From Octopus bimaculoides (taxonomy: Eukaryota), in the NCBI RefSeq assembly GCF_001194135.2, contig NC_068984.1, positions 90,101,680-90,165,679 on the forward strand: a stretch of DNA of 64,000 bases, in the 5' to 3' direction. The first letter of the stretch is position 1. The number at the start of each line of letters is the position of its first letter. Below are positions 12,263 through 27,139 of the stretch, piece after piece. The translations under genes and the position numbers were made by a program. The notes under the pieces are model-generated. The model saw only the letters and a list, made by a program, of their open reading frames with translations, was not told the DNA's origin and made no database searches.

Positions 12263-15200
12263 ATGGTTTTCTTTCATTATAGCCTCTTTTCAGCTACCTT
12301 AGTACCAGGCATCCTCGGAGGCCAAGAGTAGCAAGGGCAATTTTGTTTTGCTGCGCATGCTGAAATTATTACCACATTTATTCCATTTTAGATGGAGAGT
12401 GCTTTCCGTAGTACATGGGCTGTACCCATCAAGGTTATCTTTTGTTGTTCACGGAGACTGGAGTTATCAGGGAGTTGCTTAATATACTTCTCGGCTCACT
12501 TCTTTATCATTCCCAACGCACCAATTACTACTGGTATTATCGTAGTACTAAGCTTCCACATTTTTGTGATTTCAATTGCAGATCTTTATAGTAAGAAAGT
12601 TCTTCGTATTACTTTCTTGAGACATTTTGATCTTGTGAGACAGACATATCTTTTGACAAACAAGTTCCTTTTTTATACTCCTTGATTACAATGTCTGGTC
12701 AATTGGAGTCGAGTCAAATTTTCTATCTGTTTGTATTGAGAAGTTCTAAAGGATGGTGATGTCCACGTCATTTACTACATCCTCTGGATGGTGCCTGTAC
12801 CACTTATAAAGGGATTTAATTTTATAGTACTTACAAGCATTCCAGAGGATGTACTGCTCTAGTCTGTCATGTCTTATGGGGCACTTCTTTCCAGCGTGGA
12901 GTGGGCAGCCAGAAACAACATGATCAATTGTCTCTGTGAATTTTCCGCAAATTCTGTACGAGGGGTCAGATCCATCTTTAAGGACTTTTGCGTGGTAGTT
13001 TCTGGTAGGTAAACTCTGATCTTTCGCTGCAATAACAAAACCTTCTGTTTCCCCTTTCAGACCTGTCCCTTGTAGCCATTGGTGTGTTAGATTTTAATCA
13101 GTATCTGGCAAGGACAGGCGGTTAGGGTATTTTCCATGCAGGAGTTTGCCTTTCCAGTTGTCTTCGATATTATTCATGCAAGCCTTCTTTGATTTTTGTT
13201 AGATGCTTTTTGCATCAATGATAGGTTTGTCACTATTTGGATCTCTTTGGTCTTTCTGATTGTTTATTTCTAAATCAGAAAAAAAACAATGGTAGGTCTC
13301 TCAATATTTGGGTGTCTTTGGTCATCCTTATTGTTAACTTGTAGGTCAAGACACTTTTTAAATTTCTGGTTAAGCTTCATGACTGAAGCTTGTTTGGAAT
13401 CTTCATGCTTCAGTGCAGTTCGTAAGAGCACATCACTTGTATTAAGGTAGGTTTCAAGGTCTATTATTGCTGATTTGAAGGATTGTTTGAGCTGTATCAA
13501 GCCTTTTCCACCTATTTTTCGTGTGAGATAAATCCTGTGTACATCTGATCTTGGATGGTACATTCGGTACCTTGTAAAGATCTTACGGATCTTTCCATCC
13601 ATATTCTGCATGTCAGTGAGACTCCACTTAATGATACCGAAGCTACATGTAGTTACTAGTATGGTCAAAGAATTGATCACATTAATTCTGTTAGGAGCAT
13701 TTAATTCTGAGTTTAGGACCATTCTTACCCTTCGGTAGCATTCCTTGCGGATTTTCTCTTTCATTTTAGAGTGCTGGATACCATCACCTTCGCTGGTTCA
13801 CAGATATTTGTACACTTCGGATTATTCTAGGTTTCGAATAGCTGTGGTAGTACCAAGTTCTATGTTTCCTGCCTTTATGAACTTCCCTGCCTTTAAAGTA
13901 GCCTTTGCACATTTATCAAGTCCGAATTCCATACCTATATCAGAGCTGAATTCTTTGACAATATTCAAGAGCTATTCTAATTCTTTGTTGTTTTTGGCAA
14001 ACAGTTTTAGGTCATCCATATAGAGTAGATGATTAATTTTCTGGTTAAAGATCTTATACCCTCTCTTAGCGTTATTCAGTTGCGTGGATAAATGGAACAG
14101 AGCGAGGCAGAATAGTAATGGTGATAATGAGTCACCTTGAAAGATACCGCAGGCGATATTGATGTCTGGTGAGGTGATATATCCTTGTGTATGGTTTAAA
14201 ATGAGGGTGGTTCTCCACAAATTCATGATTACATTTAAAAAGTTCATAATTGTTGGAGCTATCTTGTAAATTTCCAGGGCCTTGATGATCCATGCACGGG
14301 GGACACTGTCAAAAGCCTTCTTGTAATCTATCCAAATGGTGCTAAGGTTTCTGCGTTTGGATCTGCAATTTTCAATTACCAATTTTATCAATCAGTAATT
14401 GGTACTTACATCCGTATGAACTCCTTTTACATCACTTTTGTTCCACTGGGAATAACTTCCTATTGTTCAAGAACTCATAAGGTTTATTCGCTATTATATA
14501 TGCTAATAGCTTATATATGGTGGTGAGGCATGTTATGGGTTGGTATTTTGGGAGTTAGTAGTTTCTTCTGTTTTTGGTAAGAGATATGTAATCCCTTCTG
14601 TAAGCCACTTTGGGGATTTTACAGGCTTGGTCATGACTTCATGACTTCATTGAGTGCTACGGCTAAGTTGTGGTGAGTGCTCATTAAAGAGTTTAACCAA
14701 AAAATTGGAATTTTATCCATACCTGTGGATTTCCATTTCTTCGACATCTCGAGCGCCGCTTTCACTTCTTCAGTTATTATATCCTGCCATTCTTGATATT
14801 TGAGGTGGGCATTAGCCTCTTCTATGTCCCTAACCCAAAATGCATTCTGATTAAACTCCTTTGGATTACTCCAAATGTTTTTTTCTAAAAATCTTCAGTT
14901 TGCTGTTGGAGAGGAGGTGTTTTTTACAATAATGGTATTTTTCTCCAATTCCCTATAGAGTTTTTTTGTGTTCTCTTTTAATAGTATGTTTTGTCTATGG
15001 AGTGCTGAGCGTTTTTTGTATTTTGCCAGTCGTTTGGTTTTTAATTATAGTTTTTGTTTAAGGATTTCAATCTGTGTATCCTTTGTTTTCTTGTAAAGGT
15101 CATGTTTAGCAATTATTCTTATTATTTTGTAGAGTTTATTAGTTTTCCCTTTGTTTGCTTCAAGTAGAAAAGATATATCTGCTCTTAGTTGGATTATTCG

Positions 15201-15330
15201 TCAGTTTATTTTTGCCATCCATGCAGGCTGTTTGTGTACATTGCGCTTTTTTTGTCTATCTCTAATTTCAATACCGCATTTCTGAGTTACAACATAAGCA
15301 GCTAAGTAAATGAGTTGAATAATCACTTCG
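12263..15330 (-). mobile_element. R4/Dong-clade LINE (RT plus CCHC plus REL endonuclease), disrupted
   Basis: RT motifs are WIDYKKAFDSVP, GIFQGDSLSPLLFCL and HLLYMDDLKL. Also present are HPRSDVHRIYL..GGKGL, CRICGKFTETIDHVVSGC, RHD and IIPVVIGALG, then a short 3' UTR and a (TAA)n tail. Stops and frameshifts interrupt the frame. Confidence 0.92.
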
Positions 15331-15334
15331 AGGG

Positions 15335-15342
15335 CATTTTCT

Positions 15343-15388
<46 letters not shown>

Positions 15389-15447
15389 AATTATTGTTAT
15401 CATCATCATCATCATCAACATCATCATCATCGTTGTTGTTGTTGTTG

Positions 15448-15528
<81 letters not shown>
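15335..15528. repeat. Compound trinucleotide microsatellite (CTA)n(CAT)n(GTT)n(ATT)n
   Basis: Read directly from the sequence. Confidence 0.95.
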
Positions 15529-15529
<1 letters not shown>

Positions 15530-18402
15530 CTGCGGGTGAGATATACTTTGTTTAGAATTTGCTCCAGAAGAAAAGACTCGCACGTGGATAGTTTCCTAAA
15601 GTTTTCTGTTTACCATTGAAGAGGTTGACAAAAGAGAAAATTAAGGTTCGTGTTCTGTTTCTGGAAAAGTGTATTTTCCTTTCACGTACACAACATTGAA
15701 AACAGCCATGAATTTTTCACGCTAGGCCCACAGAAAAGTGACGATTCACAAAATAATATATTTCACTTAGAGAAGCAAACAAAAGTCAGAATTATTCTTA
15801 ACTATACCGAGTAGAAATTTTGTCATCAATGATATGCATGCACGTACAGCTTCGGATGTTATTATGAATATCGAAAGCCAGTTCTTCACAAATGTTCTTT
15901 CAAACAAAAAGCACCCCATGTGTTGCAATTTGCGGAAAGAGTAAATGTTTAGCAGCATTTTGTCTATCGGATTGGAACCAGTCTTTCACAATCATTCCCA
16001 GTGATTCGTGAGAGGGGAAAAGTAATGTTCTTATGCTTTTAACAAGGACATAGCAAGCTTCCTGTGTTATCGAAGCAAAGCAGATATTTCATGTGAAATA
16101 GCCTTCATTAGATATGAAGTCATTTGGCAATATTTATCTAATTTTTAAAACAGAGAAGCAAGAAAAAGCACAAGCTCACACAGAACAGTATGCGATTCAC
16201 CTGATCATAAACTGGTTCCGCAGTGTTTGAGAAGCAGAACCTGCCTTTTCCCGACTAGCACGATAGTACTCACAGTCTACTGGAATCTGAATGCATCTTT
16301 CTCGACATGTAAATCCCACAGCAACCGGATTAATGAATTAGTTAGAGTGCGGCTTACAAAGCCTATTGTAGTAATGGGTGAACGTTTTGAAAAGAGTGAT
16401 TAGTACAGAAGCAATAGTTTTTAATATAGAAATAGTGATAGAGATAAATAGATTCGAAACGGAACTAATTAGTGGTGATTAAGAAAGGTATTGCAACCGA
16501 GATGCTAGCAGAGAGAATAGCCCTTGACCATTTTTTCAATATGAAACAGGAAAGCTATAGTATTAGAAGTACAACACGTAACTATGAAAGGAATGCCGTT
16601 CGATAAATTCAGGTAGCATCAGTATGGCGTAGCAACAAAGCTACAATTCGGTGCTGGGTCAAGCGCGTTTTTCGATTCCAGTTAGAAATTGTGCAGCTTC
16701 CAGCGGTACTTTGTTCAACTGGGTCCAGATGTAGACCAGATTCTGCAGTCAACTTTAATACCTACACCTTCATAGAAAAACAAACTCATCTGTAAGATCT
16801 GTCTTTTCTTTTCTATGCGATACACATTTTTGTATTACGGAAATTAGTTTATAGTGATTCTCTTTTTTTTCACAAACCTCCAAAGAATTTCTAATTTATT
16901 GAAACAGTAGCTAATTACTGGAGTAGCAGTCTGTGTTCATACTATTTATTGTTAATTTTATTCATTAATATCTGATATACCTACAGTATTACTTTTTTTT
17001 CATTTTTCTTTCACTTGCATTCACTACTTTGCTTATCACTTAGTATCTATATATAATCTTCGCTGGCAAGACATCTAGAGCTTTGACTATCAATATGTTA
17101 CGTGTTTTTGTTAAATTATCTTTTGTCAATTATACTTTGTAAATTCGTCTTATCTCCAAAGTCACATGTTAGTACTGGCATATTTGCAATCTTCTCGTCT
17201 TTATTACAGAGTCATTAGTTGTTTAATTTCCTCATAAAATCCCATAAATCGTTTCCCTTTATTTGACTATATTTATCTCACATTTAAGGAAAACTTGCAG
17301 AAAAAATTGTGTACCAACAATGGCTACCTAAAAGCTGAAAGGACGATATTCCCTATCAAATTCCACAAGATCGAGTGAAATTCACATTTCTCGAACATTT
17401 ATTTCTCAATCTACCATCAACTTCGGCGACCTCTGTACTATGTCTGTGACGAGAAATATCACTCACAACTACATTAACTGAAATATTAGAAGTACAAGAT
17501 TTGAAGTGCCGTATAAGTAATCTATCATGGGAGCATAGTAAATTGTTATTACTCACAGTTAATATTCTCTTTCCTACTGCCCTCTATGTGTTAGAATAGT
17601 TTATCCTTCCTAACTTTTTGAGGGGCTGGGAAAGAATATAGAAATTATTAGTTATTGCAAAGTATTAGGTGAAAAATTCGAATCCACCGGAAAATGATTT
17701 GTTTCACTCTTGGTCTCTTTTAAACTTCAATGTTCTCTTTTTTCTTGGAGTGGGTGGGTTTTATCATCTGTAGACACAAGTTTCGATGGAAATACATTTC
17801 TCGCTTTAAAATCTTCTGTAACTCTTGCCAATCCCGCTTTCTATTCAATCATGAATTCGTATCCTAATGATATATGTTTATTTAATATAAACCATGAATT
17901 AAATTAACTGGAACATTTCGCTTGACAACGGCATTGCTGTTCTTCCTGACTTGATAATTATCAAAATACATTCCGTTGTATATTTGTAGAAGTTTCTTAA
18001 CTAATATGTAAATATTTTTCTGATGATTAAGTTACATTTTCTGTAATCACATTAATATAAAAACATGAATATAAAATTCAATTTGTGCTTGTTTTTTCTT
18101 AAATTACTACAATCAATTATACAAGTACTGATATAAAATATTAAATATCAACTAATATGGACGTTTCTACTTTAATTTATTATAGAACGCAGAAAATATC
18201 CACGAAAATTCTCTTGAGGTCTATGTCTTTCCAGTATTTTTCAACATTTGCTAACCGTTGACGAATAATTACGAAGTTGATGCTTCAATGAGAGAAGTGT
18301 CAACTGCACAGAAAATTTACAATATAACATGAATAGAAGATATGATTACCCTGGAAATAATTATCTTTGTCATCTTTTATCTTTTATTTTTACTTGTATC
18401 AG

Positions 18403-18570
18403 ACTGCGGCCATGTTGGGGCAACGCCTTAAAGACTCTACAATCGAATGAAATTACCCCTGTAATTTTTATGCCGGGTATGCCGAAAAGCTAAGTTTTGT
18501 GGAATTAAGCACACCAACATCGGTTGGCAAGCGGTGGAAGATGAAAGACAAACACAGACACAAAGAAACA
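18403..18570. mobile_element. SINE-like repeat remnant
   Basis: ACTGCGGCCATG...ACACCAACATCGGTT..CAAGCGGTGG...CAAACACAGACACAAAG resembles a common cephalopod repeat as recalled. No second copy is in the window. Confidence 0.45.
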
Positions 18571-19339
18571 CATGCATATGTGCGTGCGTGTGTGCGTGTG
18601 TATGTGTGTGTGTGTGTATGTGTGTGTGTGGTGTGTTTGAGTTCATTATACAGTGTTTTGTTCTGATTCTTAAATGTGTAGTGTTTTGTTTATAATAAGA
18701 ATTAGAATTAAATCTTTTACTGATATTGATGATAGCTGCATATTGTTGAAGCTGGCATGTCTTCATTGTCTAAATTTTATAAGTAACATAGGGGTGGACT
18801 AATGTGTTCTGAGGTTATGTTACTAATCAGAACAAAGAAAGGTTTGCTGAATTCGTAGTTGAATTATTTCTCCGATATTTCAGGTTGTATATAATAAAGT
18901 AAAGAAAGACATTGGGTGCTTAATATTTGTGTAATTTGAGATTTGGGATGCGTTTTTGTTGCAGTTAAGATTAATTTGAATATTAAGTTAGCATTTCCTG
19001 TTTTTCATTTTGTTATATTTTTCCATTTGAATATGTTCTGGAGAAGTCGTTTTTATGTGTATAGGATTTAGAGTAGCAGTTTCCTACCTTTAGACGTTAT
19101 TAATGTCTTTTCTGCACAATGCCGTTAGTATGTGAATTATTTTCAGTTTTGATGTTAATCGTTAGATTATCGAGCTGCTTCTTTTTCAATAACCACATTT
19201 CAACATTCACTCACCTATCCATCCCTGACCATTCCATTATTTCTAGTACAACATCTACAGAACTACTTAACCTATTATCCAATGTGTCTTATTTTTAAGA
19301 TAGTGGGGTATGGTTATTCTCCAACAACACAAGTGTAGC

Positions 19340-19951
19340 CCTACACCCTCTTCCCGTCATACTATCAGAGACTAGAGAGAGCATCAAACGACTCAACAGA
19401 GTCCAGGCACTGGTGAGGACAACATCTTTGCTAACATTCTTCAGGACGGTGAAGAGCTGATCATGACGGTGCTCACCAAGCTGTTCAACAGATGCTTCGA
19501 TGAAGGCAAAGTCCCAAACAATTGAAAGAACGCAAAAGTGGTCTTTCTTTACAAGAAATGTGACAAAACGGACATAAGGAACTGCCGTCCAGTCAGTCAC
19601 ATGCCCATTAGCTACAAGGTGTTCGCTCATATTATGCTTAAAAGAATAATCAGCAACTTGGATCTCTATTGACTAAAAGAACAAGATTGTTTTAGGACAG
19701 GATTCTCTATTATTCATCACATTCAGGTTGTCAGTCAACTGCAAAAGAAGGCGAATGGATACAACATCCTGCTCCGCTTTGCTTTTGCTGACTATGAGAA
19801 AGCTTTCGACTTCATAGAATTCACACCGCTCCTTACAGCACTGAAGCACTGGACCCCACCTACATTGCAATACTGAAAGATCTTTACAGCAGTGCAACAT
19901 CGACCCTCAGGCTACAACAAGACAGTGATAAGATGAAGCTGGAGATAGGAG
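19340..19951 (+). mobile_element. RTE-clade RT domain fragment
   Basis: Translation includes PGEDNI, LTKLFNRC..EGKVP, YKK.DK.DIRNCRP and AFADYEKAFD, with stops. Confidence 0.85.
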
Positions 19952-20683
19952 CTTCTGTATAGTTTTCATTCTTCACAATGTATGCGAAAATATAATGCGC
20001 ATGTGTTTTAGATATTCCCTCTTTAGAAAATTTCTCAGTATTCGTTAATTTCCTTTCATTCCTGTTATATGGATTCAAGAATCCCACACGAAGTTTACAA
20101 GATAGGATGAACAATAATTCTATAATTAATGAGTCTTTAGGTATTCAGACAAAACCGACAATAATTACAGAAAATATAATTAATTTAACAAATATCTCAA
20201 TTGAATAATGAATTAATTTTAGAATACTATATATATATTCTTTTTGTATTCAATACAAGACTAACTCCTACGGAATTACCAACATTTCCTAAGAAGGCTT
20301 GTTTCTTCTATCATTTTCAATTTCAACTTGTTTTCTTTGACGTTAGGTATGTTAATTTATTTAGACCTAGAATATTTACATTTCTGTCTGTACTTCTCAA
20401 ATATATATATGGTAGCCTTCTACCTTGTTTCACTTGTAAGATATATTTAGTTCGTCAGAGGTAATTTGTTTGATACTGGAGTATAAATGTTGTTGATTTT
20501 TATGTACAGATAACTATTTAAACTGAGTTCGAACATGAAGAATATCAAAAGTCTAAGTTAGCAATCATACAGAGCTATATACATATATATGTGCGTGTGC
20601 GTGTGTGTGTGTGTTTGTGTGTATGTGTTTGTGTGTATGTGTTTGTGTGTGCATAGATATCTATACATATATACACATATATA

Positions 20684-20734
<51 letters not shown>

Positions 20735-20813
20735 CTCTCCCTCTCTCTCGTGCTCTCCCTGTACATAGATATATATAGAGACACACACACACACACACGC
20801 ACAGACAAACAGT

Positions 20814-20882
<69 letters not shown>

Positions 20883-21436
20883 GAATGAATAGATACAAAC
20901 ACGGTTATGTATTTTTCACTTTAATGAAATCTATAAGATTCAATAAAAAATAAATTAAATGTCTGAATTCAGTTAATTCGAGATTTATAAAATTTGATTG
21001 GACATTACGTGCGGTATTACCAATCTTGGAACAGATAATGAGTGAATGATAGTAGAAACACATTTTTCCCATCACAGCCGGTCATGAATTTCCAAAATTC
21101 TTAGCATGTCTATAACATACAATTTAATTAACAATAAAAACATATATTATGCACATCTGTATGTATAAAACTTCTCAAAAACCTTATTCCAATGATATAT
21201 ATAATTTGCTTTAAATGAATATAATTTGCTCTAAATTTATATCTTAAACACCTAAATTTTTATATGTTCAAATGTAAGACAAACAAATAAGGCGGTTAAT
21301 TGGCAAACATATCAGACTTCGAGATGTCAGCTACAACAGTTTTTACAGACATTTTGGTTTTTAAATAGTCATTATTAACAGGAAACTTTAATACTAGAAC
21401 ATAAAAAATAAGCTATTGTTACTTCGTGTCTTTTTA

Positions 21437-22616
21437 CGAGGGTAGACTGAAAACTTCATAGGCTCACTATCAAAAAAGTGACGCTAGCGCTATATAATCT
21501 TTTCGTGCATTAATTTCAACTGTATTTATTAATAACTGTATTATTTCATTGCAGGTAAACTGACATCTGACTGTTCAAAGAAGATCTCAAATGTAACTAA
21601 TAGCGACTTTTCTCGAAAATCGACAAAATTTGATATCATCGGGTTATCAAGCAAAAGGGTTTAACACCCAAGAACATGGTTGACTTATCAAGGAATGATG
21701 CTCCATCTTTACCAACAGTACAAACGTGGGCACCTGAATTTAGGAGGGGAACAGAGAGTCTTGAAGACGATCCAACGTCTGGACGTCCTACAACTACCAC
21801 CAATGAGGAAAACATTGATGATATTCACCACATGATGATGGAAAACAGATGATTGATTATAAATCAAATAACCCATGAGAGAATTGAGAATATTCTGCAC
21901 AGTGAACTTTGACTAAGGTTTCTACTTCGTAAATGACACGTCTTCTGACACAAAAGTGCCCCAGATTAATCGCACCACGGGAAAATCTGGCATTATTTGT
22001 GGCAGATCCAGCTGGTTTCCTTGATCATTTCCTAAACCAAAACGACTTCATCTCTTTGAGCCAGAGACAAAGACACATTCTATGCATTGGAAACACCCTT
22101 CCTCATCTGAACTAAAGAAAGCCAAGGTCGTTTCATCTGCAGGGAAGCTGATGGTCTCAGATTTTTGAAATGCAAAAGCATTGTGTTTATTAACTATTTT
22201 CAAAATTGCCACACAATCAATGGAAAGTAAAGTACCAACTTGTTGAGGCAGTTATAAAAGATTTTGAAGACCAAATGTCCAAGAAAGTGAATAATGTTCT
22301 AGCACATAAGTCCTTGGTTTCAATGGTTGTTGTGCATTACTATAGATTTGAACTGGTTGATCACCCTCTCCATTCTCCTGATTTGGTCCCATTAGACAAT
22401 CGACTGTTCTCCAAGTGATGATGACGTCATATCTTTGCTAAAGAATATTTTGAGCAACAGGATGAAAATTTCTTCATAAATGTGATCCAAGCTTTGCAAC
22501 ACTGATGGAAGAAGTGTGTGGATCGCAACGGGGTACTATGCTGAAAAATAGACCTCATTTGGTTACATTCCATGAGAGTATTTTGTTCAGCCGATGAACT
22601 TTTCAGTCGACCCTCG
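21437..22616 (+). mobile_element. Mariner-like transposon with both TIRs and TA TSD, decayed transposase
   Basis: The TIR pair is CGAGGGTAGACTGAAAACTTCATAGGCT / CGAGGGTCGACTGAAAAGTTCATCGGCT, with TA at 21435-36 and 22617-18. Translation includes LEDDPTSGRPTT, AGKLMVS and HSPDLVP. Confidence 0.92.
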
Positions 22617-25345
22617 TAAAGAACAGTTGAATAAATAGAATAAAATGTCTTCAACAGAAATACAAATAACACCTCGGGTTCGACTCACCAGAGACTTCCA
22701 CTAACTCTATGCCGTTCAACATGTACATAAATACAATCGTTATAGTATGCTTATCATTTATTGAAGATATTAGTCGTCTCTTCCATTGCTAAGCTTACGA
22801 AAAACATAAACGTTGTAAATTTTTCCTTTCCAGATATTGTCTGTATAATTTAGGATAATATATGCATCTTGTAAAAAAGAGATATTGAATCATTTAATGT
22901 AGATACAGCCTCAAAGTTTTAGGGCCTCAGCATATGACTGGTTGTTTATGAAAATTGATGTCAAAACAAAGGGGACTAACTAAATATAGCAGCGGCGCTC
23001 TACGTTTCTACTAATACTAACAATATAAAATAATGTATAAAAATTGAAAATAATACATGAATAATATGTGAGGATTACTAAAACAAGAAAACAAGACTAA
23101 AATATTTCAAGCAAATACTCAAAACAGTTTATTACCAAATTAAATAGTTACTTACAGTAATTTAGTATATATTGTATATATGAGAAAATTAACAGGTTTG
23201 ATGAATGTTGAGTGATATAATAAATTCAGTAGTGTGTTGGTTACATACAATATACACCATAACAATATATGTATTGTATGATTATGTTATTATTGAACAA
23301 AAAGCCAAAAAGTTAAAGGGACACATAAATGTAATACATACAGACGGTTGATGATCAGAAAAAAAATGAAAATAATATAAGGATTTCGCAAATAGGAAGA
23401 AAGTGATTTTAAAAAAGAACACGAATCCGGTATGGTAATTTGGGACACAATATATCACCTGTTGCGTGATATGAACGCCTGCTCATTAAACTCAAAACAT
23501 TATATTTAAGGAGGCAAAACATCCCTCTCTTGAATTCGGTTTGCCAAGGCCTCTGCAGCATTTACTACTGATAACAATGAGAGTTTGTCACTATATTGCT
23601 TTTTACCGTATATATTAATGGATTGTCTAAAATGAAATACATTCAGCGGGGAAATCATTTAATGAAACCATATCATACGTCGTTCATTTCAGAAATGCTG
23701 CAAATAATAACCTTTATACAAACCTCAAATTCATATGGAAAATGAGACAAAATGATAATAATTACTTCCTCGTGGAAATGAATCCAATGTTACGGACTCG
23801 ATTTTATAATTAACTGTATTCAACTGGAATCCAAATCCGGTCTGGTGTCATCATATTTCTGATACTTGTGCTCTCAGACACTCACCAGCAATTATGCGTA
23901 ATATATGAGCTATCAATTATATTATAATTCAGAAAACAACAGCGATTTATAATATTTAAAAAAAAACAATTTTGAACAATAAAGCCAATAATTTGAACAA
24001 ATCTATTACGATATAAATTTGATTCCAGCATCCCACGACATGCACAGTAAAGCGTTTATGCACACGATATATACATTTCAATCTTATAATGATGTGTTTT
24101 ATTCCAATTCAGGCACACGAATCTACGAAGCTATTTCATCAGCAGTTGTATTTTTCTGTTAAATATTGACTTTAAAATATTATTTTCGCTGTGTTTTATT
24201 ATGTCATTATTGTCACTAAAATGTTAAAAAATGCAAGTCGTTCTTAACTAGTCATCTTCTAGGTCTGATTTCGTCCATTTAGAAATATGCAAATTGCTTG
24301 ATGGACTACACTTCAAGTATTTCAATAAATTACACGTTCTTTTCTTATTCAGGTCAGTTTTTTGGTGATGACATTTTGTAGCAAATTTCAGATAATAGTA
24401 TTATGTAACAAATTTTTGTGACGAAATTACGTAACTAATTTAGAAAACATTAAGTATTGCTATAGAAAGAAGAGTTGGCATTTTGCTTACTTACATTTCC
24501 CCGATTTTGAAAAAGGACGCAAATGCAGTGTCTTTATTTTCCTATCCATCTCAACCTATACCGATTGCCTAACTTATCAAGAATGTCTATATTGATCAGA
24601 AGACATATTATAAAGCATAAATTTAATAAAAGTTATTCCATTTTTTTTTAACTATAAAGCACAGTAAAACACTCTTCTATCCGTTTTTCCCAATGTTCAT
24701 TGATGGCGGTTAAATTGGTCTCAGATTTAATAAGTCATGGATATTATTAGTGAGCCCTGCGTGAAAATTCGCATGCGAAATTATCTTATGTTACAAATGT
24801 TTTAAACAATATTTTGCCGATGAAGACCGCTATTTATTTCCTTTTTAATATTTTAAATTTTGAACGAGAAGTATTGTCTAAATTTTCATTAGGAAAATTA
24901 CAATTATCAAAAAAATTTATCATTTATTTACACAATACTTGATACTTAATGATAATCACATTATGATAATAAAATTTATAGTTATAAGTGCGACAGTACC
25001 TGGACAGGATTCACACTCAATGTTTAGATATCCATATTCTCTAACATCTTATAATTTCATGAACAACATTATTTAACTTCAGACATTTACTCAAAAAGGC
25101 GTAACAATTACCACATAGATATAAATCATCCAAATTTAAATACCAATTATCTGATGGAAATCCTGCCGATACTATATTTTTTACTTGAAGCCACTTGTTT
25201 TATTGTTAAATATAATTCAAACGTAAATAAAAAATGTAATCATAATACTCACACAAATAGATACATACATATATGTGTGTATATATATATATATNNNNNN
25301 NNNNNNNATAAAGTATATATATATATGTATGTATATACACATGTA

Positions 25346-25407
<62 letters not shown>

Positions 25408-25484
25408 CCTGTATGTATGTTTGTGTTTATATCTATGTATGTGTTTGCATGTATAAAATACCGACAAAGAATGCAGGCATTGTT

Positions 25485-25567
25485 TTGTATCATTAATATA
25501 CAAAAAAATCTTAAGATGCACCGATGTTGTATCATTAATATACAAAAAATCTTAAGATGCACCGATG
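25485..25567. repeat. Two-copy ~42-bp tandem duplication
   Basis: TTGTATCATTAATATACAAAAAA(A)TCTTAAGATGCACCGATG occurs twice. Confidence 0.9.
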
Positions 25568-26135
25568 TTGAAGAGTTTTCTAAAAGATGAGTACAGAAGC
25601 TTTTTTCCGTGTTTGCACTGTTAAGTGGACTCTAAACTAGAAGTCAATCTAGTAGTAATGTTATCAAGAGAAATTTTACTGCAAAAATACTGCTAATGGA
25701 TCATTCCAGTTTTGAAGTTGACTACAATAACAATCTGGAAAGTTAGTAGAAAAAATTTTAGCAAGGAATCACAAACCTCGGCTGAAATATAAAGATCTTG
25801 TACTTGGCATGATGAACAAAACACCCTTGGATCTCCTGATTGTCATCTTGCATAAAATTATCGTGATATGAGAATGCATTCTGATTGATGACAGTTCATA
25901 TATGACAGTAGATAAGCTCTTTCTATTATAGGAATTATATTCCCTTGATATTACTGGAAAATCATTAAAATCACTAAGTGTCATTTCAGGTTGAAATGAA
26001 GTGAGGTAGATGTTTGCAATGCCAAACATTTGATTAGACACTGGTGTTTGAAGAAGTTGAATATAATATATTTTGCTAATGTTCATGTAAAAAAGTTGTG
26101 TGGTGAGAAAAGTTCTTTTTGCATATATGTGTGTG

Positions 26136-26182
<47 letters not shown>

Positions 26183-26232
26183 ATGTGTGTGTGTGTGTGT
26201 GTATGTATATACAAACATATATAATCACATAA

Positions 26233-26312
<80 letters not shown>

Positions 26313-27085
26313 GTATTGGGAGCTTCAGCTTCTTTTCTTGTTACATTCAACTTTCAGTTTCCGTTTTCCAGTGACTCAGAGTAAAGATGAATTATCTCAC
26401 AGGGTTTGCATAAATTCTGCTACGTTCATTAAGTACATTTATCTCCAGTTCGTATTTCCTAGCGCATACGTTTAAGTGTCTATGTGTGTGACAGTATGTG
26501 CGCTTCCACATGTGTATGTGTATGCGTGCGTGAGTGTGATTTTGAAATAAATATATCTTTTTTTGATTGGTTCTTTATTGGTACATTAACAAAATTTTAC
26601 GTTTAATGTTTCAATTTTATACTTTCAAGTTCATGTAATTTAATTTTAAATACATTGAGAATAAATACAATCGTTTAAAAACATTTTCATTATGTGATTA
26701 TTTAACCTAGACTATTTAATGAATCGATAAAATGAACAGATTTCCGCTCAAATATACTTACAATATCAAAACAGATTTCCAGTTCTGTCTTGAAATAAGT
26801 GAACAAGATTACGTTCAGCTTGTGTATCTCCATTCTTTACGTCTGTATTCGATTTCAGATTACTCTCTAGTGCTTTAATATCTGATTTAAGACAATGCAC
26901 TAACAACTGTGTAAGTTTATTATTAAGCACAGAAATCAATATTTGAATGTGAATATATATATACATATATACATATATAAAAAGATGCATATATTTGTAT
27001 GTGTGGGTGGGTACATGCGTACATCCATATATATGTACACCTGTTTTTGTATAATATATACATGCATACATATATNNNNNNNNNN

Positions 27086-27122
<37 letters not shown>

Positions 27123-27139
27123 CACACACACGCACACAC

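Noticed and set aside
16260-16340. IVLTVYWN...RIN resembling the mariner VMLTVFWD...TIN motif
   Set aside because: The spacing is off and no other transposase motifs or TIRs were found.
20414-20461. Minus-strand CTGACGA-ACT..AGT-GAAAC-AAG-GTA hammerhead-like string
   Set aside because: Stem II is only 3 bp and stem I barely pairs, which is plausible by chance in 64 kb of AT-rich DNA.
26766-26945. Non-repetitive tail of a minus-strand ORF (QILISVLNNKLTQ...)
   Set aside because: No recognisable domain, and its start lies in a microsatellite and gap.
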